Source of the DNA: Podarcis erhardii
Taxonomy: Eukaryota
Assembly (NCBI GenBank): GCA_964252035.1
Contig: OZ176211.1
Strand: one strand, 5' to 3'
Length of the DNA stretch: 64,000 nucleotides
Shown: positions 1-11,687 of the stretch, piece after piece
Layout of the letters: each line of letters opens with the position of its first letter
Numbering within the stretch: position 1 is the stretch's first letter
Notes under the pieces: model-generated
What the model was told of the DNA's origin: nothing
The model's database searches: none
The model's input: only the letters and a program-made list of their open reading frames with translations
Made by a program: the position numbers and the translations under genes

Positions 1-487
1 TTTGCCTGGCACAAATCTAGGAGGCCAGAAGGTATTCTAGAAAGAAGCACCAGCTTGTGGTCTGGCCATGTAAATGTATAGTCCCCAATACATTAAAACT
101 CATCTGTTACTGCCACCTTTTGTCAACATCAAGACTCTGTGCTTTTAATTTTTGAAGTTCCTAGTGTACAAAATCACAAGATTGATTACTTGTTTGCATG
201 TGGCAGGCATTACTCACTGAACTAGCTTGTTTTGCCAGCAAGCCAGCATCCAGGTACAATGACACATGAACAGTCAGATTCTCCCCATGGCATCTGTTGC
301 ATACTAAAGGTTCACCACAAGCTAAGATCAGCTATGCAAGTAAATTCAAAAAAGATGCCTGAAATCCCTGGTTCATTAGTATCTACGCTTAGAATGTCAA
401 CAAGGCATTCTTGCCTTGTGGGTTTTTTCTTTTCCTAATTAAGCATCAGAGAAATAATTTAGTACAGCTACAAGAATGCATCCTTAC

Positions 488-584
488 CAAAAGCTAGCAG
501 ACATCCTTCAGTGACTGAAACATCATCAATAGCAATGGTTTCTCCTGGTGTCCAAGTTTCAAATATTTGTCCTTTGATGGAAAC
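488..584 (-). CDS. MALRD1: MALRD1 coding exon 5 (end of first MAM domain)
   Basis: Acceptor tattctggttatgcag|, donor |gtaagg; 97 nt, phase 0-1; VSIKGQIFETWTPGETIAIDDVSVTEGCLLAF with the MAM-terminal IAIDD..GC motif. Confidence 0.93.
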
Positions 585-1195
585 CTGCATAACCAGAATA
601 TTAGGGAGACATGGCTATTCAGTAGTAATACTGTCTATTACAATACTGAAGTATCTAAAATTATCTGCAAGGAAGCTTATAAGGGAGCTTGGAAGAAGCT
701 GTGGCTCTCTCTTTGTTCCTTTCTAGTTTAACAGAAGGTCTTACGGCCTAACACAGATGTGTTCTTTAAACATGTCCTCTGTGCCCACTCCTTTTTGGCA
801 TCAGTGTTAGAAGATAGGACAGGGGAACAGACACCAAAAATCCCCCCCATTAAGCCATTGTGTCATAGTGCTTAGAGTAGCATTCCCTACTTTGTGCCCT
901 CAATTCCCATCATCCCTGGCCTTTGGGTGGTGTCGGTTGATGTCCAAATCTTCTGGAGGGAAGCAAGTGGGAAAGGCTAGGTTTAAGTGTCAAAGTTGGA
1001 GCAGGGAAACTCTGCTCTCATAGCCTAACTTATTCTCTCATAGCCTAACTTAATTCACAGCGTTGTTCTGGGAAGAAAAATGGGTGGCTGAGGAACTTCA
1101 TATGCCACACTGAATGCCTTAGAGGAAAAGCAGAACATGAATATAACTACATCCCTGTGCACCCATTACTTCTATGCAGCACATAACATAACTGA

Positions 1196-1449
1196 GAGCC
1201 AGTGTGGTGTAGTGGTTAAGAGCAGTAGTCACGTAATCTGGGGAACCGGGTTCGCGTCTCCGCTCCTCCACAGGCAGCTGCTGGGTGACTTTGGGCCAGT
1301 CACACTTCTTTGAAGTCTCTCAGCCCCACTCACCTCACAGAGTGTTTGTTGTGGGGGAGGAAGAGAAAGGAGAATGTTTGCCGCTTTGAGACTCCTTAAA
1401 GGGAGTGAAAGGCGGGATATCAAATCCAAACTCTTCTTCTCCTTCTTCT
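1196..1449 (+). mobile_element. Squam3-type tRNA-derived SINE, full length
   Basis: A-box-like head gccagtgtggtgtagtggttaagagc, core gctgggtgactttgggccagtcac, (CTT)n tail; possible 5-bp TSD actga (1191-1195 / 1450-1454); closely similar copy at 26193. Confidence 0.85.
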
Positions 1450-3082
1450 ACTGACCAGAGAGGATCTAAGCTACTAGGCCTACTAGAGATAGGAAAGATG
1501 TTGTTTTTTTGAGTTTCCTAGATTTTAAAAACTCTTTTCTGAACAGACGTTAGATAAAGGGCTGGTCCCTAAATGGAAGTTTCATTAATCTTGTTTGCTA
1601 TAGGCTTGAAAACTGTAGTAATACAGTTCTAAGCACTGATATAATTATAACCTATGCATATTAGCAAGTCTTCACTGCTTCTGTTTTATTGTGATTTTAT
1701 ACTTTTAGCTACCTTGTAAATCAACATGACTAAGAAGCTTGATATGAATAATGTGTTGGATCCAGCCTATTAGTTGCACTATTAGCCTATTAGTTTGTCA
1801 AAAGTCCGACTGATTTTAATGGGAACTAAGTGCAACTAAGCAAGCCATTATAAAGAAATAAATACATGTAGCAAACCACAAGCCTAGACTTATAACTTCT
1901 TCAGGCATCAGGAAGGAAATGAAAAGGGATGCAGTAATACTATAGTAATACTATAGTGCCAGGATCCAATCCTGTTAATTATCCAAAAACAACAGTACAA
2001 TTTTGTGCTAGTCAGAGGTCTGTCAGAGAGAAATTTCCTCTTGCATTTAGAGACAAGCAAGGCAGCATTGTACAGGATGGCTAATGGAGAGCAAGAATAA
2101 GTTTTTATTGGAATAACTAGAGATCTGACTGCAACTAGGTATCTACTCTATCTTGGCAGGGTATATTCTACATTTACTTTCAGGAATAATGCATAATATG
2201 GAATCTCGAAGGACATAATATTTATAATCCAAGAAGCTTGAATGTAAAGGGTTAGTATTTCAGTCTTCCATGATTTTATTTATTGCCCTACTGAATAAGG
2301 ACATACATATCAGAATAATCAATTTTCTTAATAGGTTGACTTATGAGAACCAGACAGTACCCAGAAGAAAATGCTTTTTACATTTTTAGTTGGTACAACA
2401 GTATTATTATTTTTTACAACAACCTAATTTACTATTAAATTAATGCTTTTTCTATATAAACCACTATATGTATCTTCCTAAATTGTTTTAATAGGTTTAA
2501 AGAAGGCTGCTGCTTTTCTGAGAAACTGGAAAGCATATGTAGATTCACTACTGTTGTGTAATCAGCACAATGAACTTGCACTTTGAAAACCTATATTGAA
2601 ATCCCTGTCCAACTGTGGACTGACTGACATGGATCTTGGGCAAATCACTAAGAACCTCATTTTCTTTCAGTGCCAGGAAGGAAGACAAATAGGGTGCCTA
2701 TGAAGCCCTACGTGGCTCATAGGATATGTTAGGCTTGGAGGGGGATAAGTTGCACAAGTCTGGTTCAACATTCAAAGCAAAACGCTACTGAAAATTAAGT
2801 GTAAGTGCATGGCTACTGTAAGTGGGTTTCATTATTATGTCCTCCCACTTCATATACTAGCATGTGACTATCCAGCTAATTTCAGTTTGAGTTACATGCA
2901 TAATTACAAAATGAATGCTTCCATTAAATCATTGAGATAAGGTCAAGTAATACCAGCCATGAATTTTTCATCAGAATTCCACCTTATTATTCACTTGAAT
3001 TAAATTTCTAGTGCAAGTTCTTCTCTTTAAATTGACATTTCACTCATCCCAGTATTGGAATATGCCCAAGCAGCTTGCATAC

Positions 3083-3244
3083 CTCGACATTCAGAGTATT
3101 GTTGATTGTGATCACAGCTCTTTGCCACTGATTTTTTATTCCTCCTCTTTCTTGCCATACGGTCCCCAAGGCTCTATCAGAATTGGTTTGGAGTCCCACT
3201 GTGAGGGTTCCATTTATTTGACCAATCCAATAGTAAAACGAAAT
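3083..3244 (-). CDS. MALRD1: MALRD1 coding exon 4 (MAM domain)
   Basis: Acceptor ttttttcttcttag|, donor |gtatgc; 162 nt, phase 0-0; ISFYYWIGQINGTLTVGLQTNSDRALGTVWQERGGIKNQWQRAVITINNTLNVE. An 84-bp intron separates it from exon 3. Confidence 0.93.
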
Positions 3245-3328
3245 CTAAGAAGAAAAAAAGGAACAGTCCAAGTGTGTCGGCAAACTGCAGTGACAGCAGG
3301 CAATATGAAGAGGAGATAGTTCAGTTAC

Positions 3329-3423
3329 CTGGCAGGTGAGCTGGTTGCTAGCCACAAAGACCACTCTGCTCCTCAGAATTGCCGGAAATGGGATGTGTTC
3401 AGAGGACAGTGTAAGGAAATGGG
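3329..3423 (-). CDS. MALRD1: MALRD1 coding exon 3 (MAM domain)
   Basis: Acceptor ttttttcccttcctatcaatag|, donor |gtaact; 95 nt, phase 1-0; AHFLTLSSEHIPFPAILRSRVVFVASNQLTCQ. Not in the ORF track; found by manual translation. Confidence 0.9.
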
Positions 3424-4210
3424 CTATTGATAGGAAGGGAAAAAATTAGAAGTTGGTTTCCTGGACTTTGTAGAATTCTGGAAAACTCAGTATGAAAAAA
3501 AGAAAAGAAAATGGATAATGGATTAGGCAAGTGGCCTGTAGCCAGTACTGAGCACTGTGGGTTAGGACAACTGGGAGTCACACATCAGATGTTAAAGTGA
3601 AACAATCTACTTTATATTCCATGAACAGATTGATCAGGGCTGATATATTTCTTACAAGCTGAGAGTTCTTGGTACAAACTGAGCAGCAACTCAATGCCAC
3701 ATTTTCTCATACCCCAGCTTTCATGTGCTGCTGCTGCTTTTAGATTATATTAAGACAATTAAAAAGATGTTGCAAGGTGCATTGCAGTAAATCAGATTCC
3801 TCCTGCAAACTTTGGGGTTCAAAAGCTTTGATGACTCTTCAGAAAGCACCTTTCTTACCTTCTTCCACTCCACCAGTTTTGCCCCCTTCCGTGCCAAATC
3901 CTAACTATATACAGCTTCTCCCTTTCTGTCCATCAAGCCACCACCCTCTCCTTTGAACACTCACAAGCTTAATTAGTGCCAGGTGAGTAAGTAACATGGG
4001 AACAAGGCCATCAAATCTATCTGCTCAGATATTCCACTGCTGACTGGGTCCTTATGTTGTGGATGATCTAGGAGAACTGAAACCAGCTGTGACCAATTTG
4101 AAACACCTGGCCAGTGGACTTTAATTTAAGGAGTGCTACTACTGCACCCACTCTCTATAGTTGTTTAATTTTTGAAGTTTACTTTCTCCATTTCCTTTTC
4201 CTAAATCAAA

Positions 4211-4356
4211 GGCTGCATGGACACCATACATTTAAAGCACATGACTCCCCCCAAAGAATCCTGGAAAGTGTAGTTTGCTAAGGGTGTTGGGAATTTTACT
4301 TCTGTGAGGGGTAAACTACAGCTCACAGGATTCTTGTGGGGAAGTCATATGCTTTA
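4211..4356. mobile_element. Palindromic MITE, right end eroded
   Basis: Inverted arms aaagcacatgactccccccaaagaatcctgg...gtagttt / aaactacag...caggattcttgtggggaagtcatatgcttt. Confidence 0.65.
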
Positions 4357-5001
4357 TGATATTCACAGATCCTATTTGCTGTATGGTTGTATAGATGTGC
4401 AATCGTTGTTTTGATAGGCACATGGGCATTGGTGTTTATAGCTCAGGGCAAGAGCACTGATGAGATAAAGTTGCTCACAGCCATTCAGAGTCTTATCAGA
4501 ACAAGGCTGCCCTCCACAGGCATGCAACAGTGAATGTGCTAACCCAGTTGGAATTGATTATTTTAATTTGTATTCCAAGGCTATAGACATGATTGTTTTT
4601 GTCATACAAAGTGACTGGCTGGGGTTTTGTACTGAGGGATATGGATAGCTGTGTTACTGACTAAATAGCATGGTGTTTTTTAATAGGTTTTTATTATTAA
4701 TATGCTGCATTGTATTTGTATTTTGTATATTTCTTTGAGATTCTTTTGAAAATAAAATGATTGCTAGTGGCTAAGTGAAGCTGTTGGGCAATTTCTGGGG
4801 TAGGGCAGGTGCTGCTATGGCTGGTGTGGAGGGGTGATTCTTTCATGAGATCTCAGGGGGCCTACATCTCACAGCCCTGCAAGATCTCAAAGAGGGGCAG
4901 GATGCCAGTCTCCTTTTAAAGGACTGGCCACCATCCCACCCAGGTTTCTTCCTTCCTCAACCAACAGGGCAAATTTCTCAGCCCTCACTTCCTCAGTTTT
5001 A

Positions 5002-6612
5002 TTTTATTTTATTTTATTTTATTTAATAATATTTATTAAAAGTTTCCAGTTATAACAATATAAAAAAAACAAAACATCCAAATTTAAGATCTTATTTTCC
5101 GTAACATCTTTCCAGGACTTCCCCTCCCCTCCCCCTCTTATATTCCAATTCTTACAAATAAATTCAGCAATTTATTATCCCAAATTTTAACCTTATTATC
5201 ATTAACCCAATTTAAAAATATTTTCCCATCTCCTAAGATCGACCTATTCCCTTCCACGCGTTCCCCCCTTTAATATACATAATAGATTAAAATATAATAA
5301 AATAAAATATGATTTTACACCCTTTGGATTCCAAATTTCCCTCCCCCTTTTCCTGGTTGCGTTCCCCATATTAATCAACATCTGATGTCTTCCTGGAGCT
5401 CCCACATTTGTTTAAAACCATAGTCCTTTACCAGTCTTCTTTAATTTTAAATGTCCAATCTTGGAAGGAGTCTATCTCAAAAAGGCCCATTTTTTCCATC
5501 CAGATTTTTATATACTTGGGAGTAAAAACTCCAATTTTATTTCTTAAACCTTTCAAATCTGGATGTCCCAAATGTTCCCACTTCCAACTTTGTCCAATTC
5601 TTATTATTCTTGTTGTTCTTGTTAATCTCTCTCCTCTTTCTTTTCCTGTTTTCCTGCACAAATGTTCTAATTCCAAAAGCTTCTAAATTCCACTGCAGAG
5701 GCTCTGTTATTCAGGAACGAAACATGATGCCAAGTCCCTTCCATTCTTCAATAGATAAGTCTATTGTCTACTTTAGTGTGTAAACCTCTGTAGCCAAAAT
5801 AGTGTTCCATTTCTGCAGTTTCCCAGGAGATAAAAAGTTCTGTCAAATTCGATGCCAACAACTTGTAATATCCCTCGGCTCCTCTAGGTGGATTGTAATA
5901 ACTCAGTTCCCTTCCAGATCACGTCCACCAGTCAAAGTAACTTATTATTCCTTGTTTTAAACATTTTGTATCCAATTTGTAACAAATATAACCGGCAAAG
6001 TCCTCGTAACAAAGTTCTCATTTTTGTTCTTCTGCTTTGACAGCTCTTTGACAGCTGTCAAAACCTCTCCTTGTCTTCTCCCGGCGCTCTAACTAAAGCG
6101 CTCCCAGGTTCCGGGGGGGGGGGGTTGCTTTTTGATTAAATTCCACTTTTCTCCTCCAGCTCAATCTTATAGTTTTCCATCGCGAAATTTCATAACTTTA
6201 TCAAAATAGGGTTGCGCTCAATCTTAGATGTTAAGTCCTTTACTTTAGCTCCTCTACAACGGGGGGGGGGGGGCTGACTTCCTTTTTACGCCTCCCCCGC
6301 TCGTACCGAATTCTTAAAAAATTTCTCGCCTTTTTTAATCCAAGTTCCGATTACTCACGGGTTATGCTTTTAAGTCCAAATTTCCAATAGAAGAAGTCAG
6401 CGCTCTCCGTCGAATGGCATGCGGCTTCGCTCGGCAGGGGAAGCAGAGGACTCAAAGCACCACCACCCCCCCTGTCACCCGTTCCGTAGCCTTTAAAAAG
6501 GCTCCTTCGCGGGTCGGGGGCGGGGCTCAAAAGGTGCCAGCCGAGTCACCATGTCCATGGGTTTCAGCGCCCATGGTTTTTAGGGGTCCCCGCGTCGCCA
6601 ACCCGGAAGTCC
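5002..6612 (-). mobile_element. Non-autonomous L1-derived retroelement A (1.6 kb, 5'-complete, non-coding)
   Basis: 16-bp TSD cacttcctcagtttta at 4986-5001 and 6613-6628; target fits the L1 endonuclease TTTT/A consensus; AATAAA (5037-5032) and (AAAAT)n tail; GC-rich 5' end GGACTTCCGGGTTGGCG shared with element B; no long ORF. Confidence 0.85.
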
Positions 6613-6626
6613 CACTTCCTCAGTTT

Positions 6627-6962
6627 TATACCCTCCAACATTTTTCCAATGAAAATAGGGACATCCCATTCCATAATAATAATTTTACTATTTATACCCT
6701 ACAGATCTTACTGGGTTGCCCCAGCCATGCCAGACAGCTTCCAACATATATAAAAACATAAAAGCATTAAACATTAAACAGCTAGGATGCCCAACATTTC
6801 TGCAATGAAAATTGGGACATCCCACCATACCCTCCAACATTTCTTCCGTGAAAATAAGGATATCCTAAGGAAAAGTGAGACATCCCAGGATCAAATCAGA
6901 AACCAGGACGGCTTCTCTAAATCAGGGACGTCCCTGGAAAATAGGGACACTTGGAGGGTCTG
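6627..6962. mobile_element. Short MITE (6826-6962) with two extra copies of its left end and an inserted L2-type 3' tail (~6685-6780, minus)
   Basis: TIR cataccctccaa / ttggagggtctg; ccaacattt...tgaaaat.gg.acatcc occurs three times; the insert ...ctgggttgccccagcca...gcttccaacat... matches the L2 tail at 18345-18450. Confidence 0.6.
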
Positions 6963-7228
6963 CCCTCTCTTATCCTCCATCTGGGCAAGAGGTGTTACCA
7001 GACTTCAAAAGCAGGCAAAAGCACTCAAGCAGTTTACAAGCTAGGCCTGGTAAGAGACTGTGTGATTGTAGAGGAGGAGGAGCAGCCATGGGAGAATCCC
7101 AAGGGCCACAGAGAGGCCAGGAAGGCTGAATTTTGTGGCCAGGCCTCAAGTTCCCAACCCCGGCCTAACCCTTAAACAGAGACCAGGCTGCAATGCCTTT
7201 GAGGCAGGGCCTGGATTTTTGCCATGTA

Positions 7229-7792
7229 CAGTGGTACCTCAGGTTAAGTACAGTGGTGCCTCGCAAGACGAAAAGAATCTGTTCCGCGAGTCTCTTCGTC
7301 TAGCGGTTTTTTCGTCTTGCGAAGCAAGCCCATTGACGGCTTATCGGATTAGCGCTATTAGCGGTTTAGCGGCTTTTAGCGGCTTATCGGCTTATCGGAT
7401 AAGCGGTTTAGCGGCTTAGAAAAAGGGGGGGGGAGGAAAAAACCCCCGCAGGAACTCGCAAGACATTTTCGTCTTGCGAAGCAAGCCCATAGGAAATTCA
7501 TTTTGCGAAGCACCTCCAAAATGGAAAACTCTTTCGTCTAGCGAGTTTTCCGTCTTGCGAGGCATTCATCTTGCGGGGCACCACTGTACTTAATTCGTTC
7601 CGGAGGTCCGTATTTAATCTGAAACTGTTCTTAACCTGAAGCACCACTTTAGCTAATGGGGCCTCCCACTGCTGCCGCGCCGCCAGAGCATGATTTCTGT
7701 TCTCATCCTGAAGCAAAGTTCTTAACCTGAAGCACTATTTCTGGGTTAGCGGAGTCTGTAACCTGAAGCATATGTAACCTGAGGTACCACTG
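7229..7792. mobile_element. 226-bp Tc1/mariner-superfamily (pogo/Tigger-like) MITE interrupted by a second MITE
   Basis: TIR cagtggtacctc.ggtt / aacctgaggtaccactg; TA duplications at 7227-7228 and 7793-7794; removing the insert restores the 226-bp element seen at 41739 and 58549. Confidence 0.9.
7251..7586. mobile_element. 336-bp Tc1/mariner MITE nested at a TA inside the host MITE
   Basis: TIR cagtggtgcctcgcaagacg / tcttgcggggcaccactg; flanking TA at 7249-7250 and 7587-7588; internal (T/A)AGCGGCTT/ATCGGCTT short tandem repeats. Confidence 0.9.
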
Positions 7793-7975
7793 TACTCCTA
7801 GAGGTGCCTTGCCTTGGCACTCCTAAAGTGACCCCAAATTCCATAACAGCAACCTCTTGCTGTGGAGACAACCATGGGATCTGGGTTCAAATCATAGTGA
7901 GGTGGATGAGGGGAAAGAATGACAGCCCCCACCCCCAATAACAGTGTGTGGTATCTCTAGTGTATCAGCCTCTGT

Positions 7976-8684
7976 TGTCACCCTGGAAGGAAACAGCAAA
8001 AAATAGCCAACTTAACAGAATTGGATGGGGGGGGGAATAGTGAGGGAGCAAGAGGCAGGCATACAATTTGAACCACCCCAGGAGTTTGGATGGAGGCCAA
8101 ATAACCGAGTTAGACCCAGGTGAGCAGTCTGAATCTCTCAAACTTGGAATCCAGGTGTAGGCCTCAAGCTCTGCTCCTGGTGGGAGCTTTGGCTGAATTG
8201 GTGTTGTTATGCAAAGGCAGAGGCTGCTCTCTCCTCCACAGCCTTCTCTCAATGGTTCCTTCTCTCTCCCTCCAGCTTTGTCAATGTTTTAAACTCTCCC
8301 TTCCCATTCTTCCTCTCTCCTCAGAAGCTCCTCCACCTCTCGCTCGATCCCCTCAGAGTCTCCTCAGCCAGAACCCTTGTGACATATCCTAAGGGTCAAA
8401 AAAGGGCTGTGCTCAAGGCACCCTTCTGTAACTCTGCATCTCGCTGCCTAAAATCATTCCTTGGGCTGTCTTTGCTTTCTGCTCCTTCCTTTTTATCGGA
8501 CTTCAAACCTTGGCCTGGACCCTGAACTTCAGGAATATGTTATCTTTGATTGGGTGAGTCACTCTTTTCTCATTTTGATTTCCTGACTTTGACCCCTGGC
8601 CTGCTCAGACACAAATCCACAACTTGACATTTGCCAATTCCACCTAGGCTTGCAAGCAGTCACTATTCTCGACCCAGCACGACA
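7976..8684 (+). mobile_element. Possible solo LTR (Gypsy-like)
   Basis: Starts tgtca, ends acgaca; GC-richer than flanks; pyrimidine-rich U5-like end with gactttgacccctgg. No TSD found; left boundary uncertain. Confidence 0.35.
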
Positions 8685-9686
8685 TATCACTGCAAACCCA
8701 GGAAAGTGGCAGGCCATACCTTTTCAGAGAGTCACCCAGGGCAGGAACTATGACTGCCATGCATTACATCCAGCTTGAATAAAAAAAGAATTTCCTGAAA
8801 GTGCAGCTGAAAATTGACTGGTATTAAGTCAGAGGCTGTGACCGTATTTGAGTCCAATTCCCATTTGTAATGGGGCTACCAATCTCCTACTTTTGATGAC
8901 CATTTAAATTCAATAAAATGACCAAGACTACTTTAGGTCAGAAACCAATTTTATGCCTCCTAGTACACTTTCCAAGTCTTAAAATTACCAACTCAAGAAA
9001 TGTTTAAAAGATGTCTTTTTTTAAAAAAAAAGCAGAGTACTGTAAAAGGATTTCTTCGGGTGCAATGTAATACTGAGAATACTTGTTTCCAGTGTTACCA
9101 GAGGTTCAAAGTATATCTAGAGGGACCATCAAAAATCTTCTTATGATGGTTAATTATCACTTGATAATATCTTTGGTCTCAACATAATTATATGCAAGAG
9201 AATTCTTCCCTTTTCCTCTCCACTGTTGTCCCTTATCATTTGACTTATTCCGTCCTCTACCCCCGAATACTCTGTGGCAACCATACTAAAACAAACTATA
9301 GGGTTCATGTTCCTGAAGGCCGAAAAGGGCCAGAAGCCAAACAGTATCACTGAATATATAAAATGTTTAGGTTTTCAAAGAAGACAGTTTTAATCCTAAC
9401 GGAAAATAATAATTTGCAGAAGAGTAGCTGTGTTAATTTGTTGAATAAAAAATGATAATGTGTCTTGTGGACTCCAGACCAAGAAAAGTATTACTTCAAC
9501 AGATGCATGAAATGTTATCTTTAGTTGATAGGTAGATAAATGTGTACACATATACATATGCTCTCAGGTGTAGAGCTATGCTGATAGGAGTTGGAGTCTA
9601 ACATCCAGCAGGCCAAAGTTTCCTCACCACTAATTTATATGATGATAGATTTGTTTATTATTTGCAAGAGAGTAAGTTGCCCTTAC

Positions 9687-9824
9687 CTGTGTTGTTCCCA
9701 TTGTGGTCAGAATGAGGAGAGCCTATGATGTTCCTTCCATTTCTCCTTATCCAGTCAACAGGTGATTTCTCATTGTTCATATTGCACAAATCACTTTCAA
9801 AATCACATTTTCCATAATAGGAAC
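9687..9824 (-). CDS. MALRD1: MALRD1 coding exon 2: start of MAM domain
   Basis: Acceptor ttttaatattag|, donor |gtaagg; 138 nt, phase 1-1; (C)SYYGKCDFESDLCNMNNEKSPVDWIRRNGRNIIGSPHSDHNGNNT carries the MAM CDFE..LC..W.R...P..DH signature. Confidence 0.93.
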
Positions 9825-11321
9825 CTAATATTAAAAGGGTTATTTGCATACTTTGCATTCCATAATGAACACCTGCATTATACAAAATGCCATAATATAT
9901 AACATGTACTTATTAACATTTTTCATGAATAAAAAGCATGCCAATTCTGCTCTATTGCTTTCAGATTACAATTTACCTAAAACAATGAACTTTAAGTATA
10001 AAAGATCACAGGTCTATTTCCTACATGTTAAAAACACTATCAAAATCTGCCATCTCTATCAGGTAGTTAGACATGGAAAGGAAGTTTACTCCACATAAAA
10101 CAAATCTGGAATGACTGATCATCTCTCTGAATCTACCAGCATTTGAGCAAAAGCAAATGGTACTATTTCAGATTTGCATTGAAACATAGAGTCCAGTTCT
10201 GATTATGAACATACCTTTAAGCATATGACCAAGCTGGATGACTGACTAGCAAATCAAAGAGAATTATTTTAGCCCAGCACTCCATTTGCAGGGAGTTTTC
10301 AAACAAGAGATTACCCCATTTACAGGAAGAATACCCCAGGAAGAACTCTGCAACCTGTTTTTCCCCTGCACATCTTAAACATTGTACATGATAAAAGGAA
10401 AAATTAAATAGGTATAAAAGAAGATGGATGCAGCAGAACATCCTCCCCCTGCAATAAAAATAATCTGTCTTTCTGTGCTTTTTCATCTATTCTGTATAAA
10501 TGTTTGGAAAATTGAAGAGGCTAGCAAAAGTAGATATTCATAAAAAATAATTCTCGCAAATATTGCTAACATAACCAAGGCAGCATTTAGCACTAATGAT
10601 TCAATATTGTACATGTCAGCAGCATTGCCCTTTCCTTTAGAGCAATGAAGATTAATCACTGAAAACAAGCATTTGGCTCAAACATTTGTAACTTCATCAA
10701 CATAATGCTTTGCTAGATTGCATTTTCAGCAATATGTTCATAACATCTTCAAAAAAAGTTATAATCATTGTTGATGGAGAGGGAGATCTCTTAGGCTTGA
10801 TCCTGCACATTTCTCAGGTGGGCGGTTGCAAAATATTAATGGAGATGGAAGGCATTTTTTAAAAACCACACCAGCCTTAAAACAACACTTACATCAGCAT
10901 GCAAGATTGAAATGGTGCAGTGATGAAAGTCTAAAGGGGAAAACTGACAATGAATGGAACAGCATAACATTAGGTGTATAGAATAATGTCATTTGACTTA
11001 AGCAATCAGCACTTTTTCCTTGCAATTTCCTTTGCATTTATTCAGCTTGCCTATACCTGCTTAGTTGGGAGAAAATTCCAAAGGAAGTTTACATTTAAGT
11101 ATACATGTGCAGGATTGCACTGCCCAAAAGTGGCTTGTGCACTAAATATTTTCTGTTGAGTTTTCTTCAGTTTCCTAAACTATTTAAAGACATCAAAATA
11201 TGATGCTCTTTTAATACTAAAAAGTTTGCTGATTTGTAATTCTATTTGATTGTATAGTTTTCACAATATAATACTTTAAAAGTTATCTAATTTAATTTAA
11301 TTAGGGGTGACTCCAGAAAAA

Positions 11322-11687
11322 GGGACATGGGTGGCGCTGTGGTCTAAACACAGAGCCTTGGGCTTGCCGATCAGAAGGTCAGCAGTTCAAATCCCCACAA
11401 CAGGGCGAGCTCCCATTGCTCGGTCCCAGCTCCTGCCAACCTAGCAGTTCAAAAGCATGTCAAGTGCAAGTAGATCAATAGATACTGCTCCGGTGGGAAG
11501 GTAAATGGTGTTTCCGTGCGCTGCTCTGTTTTGCCAGAAGCAGCTTAGTCATGCTGGCCACATGACCCGGAAGCTGTCTGCGGACAAACACTGGCTCCCT
11601 TGGCCAGTAAAACGAGATGAGCGCTGCAACCCCAGAGTCATCCGCGACTGGACCTAATGGTCTGGGGTACCTTTACCCTTTACCTTA
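11322..11687 (+). mobile_element. Sauria (Squam1) SINE, full length
   Basis: Head gggacatgggtggcgctgtggtctaaac, body gcttgccgatcagaaggtc, BovB-like tail gactggacctaatggtc...(acctt)n; 9-bp TSD ccagaaaaa (11313-11321 / 11688-11696). Confidence 0.92.

Noticed and set aside
300-434. Possible MALRD1 exon 6 after ttaattag| (EKKKPTRQECLVDILSV...)
   Set aside because: The intron would be only 53 bp, the required phase-1 frame hits a stop after about 12 codons, and there is no similarity to the expected sequence.
1196-1270. tRNA-like A/B boxes here and at 11322, 16290, 23343, 26193
   Set aside because: They are SINE heads continuous with SINE bodies and tails; no cloverleaf could be drawn.
9150-9350. 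66-aa minus ORF with a good acceptor (cttttcggccttcag) in intron 2
   Set aside because: All three frames stop before a usable donor, and exon 2 already joins exon 3 in frame.
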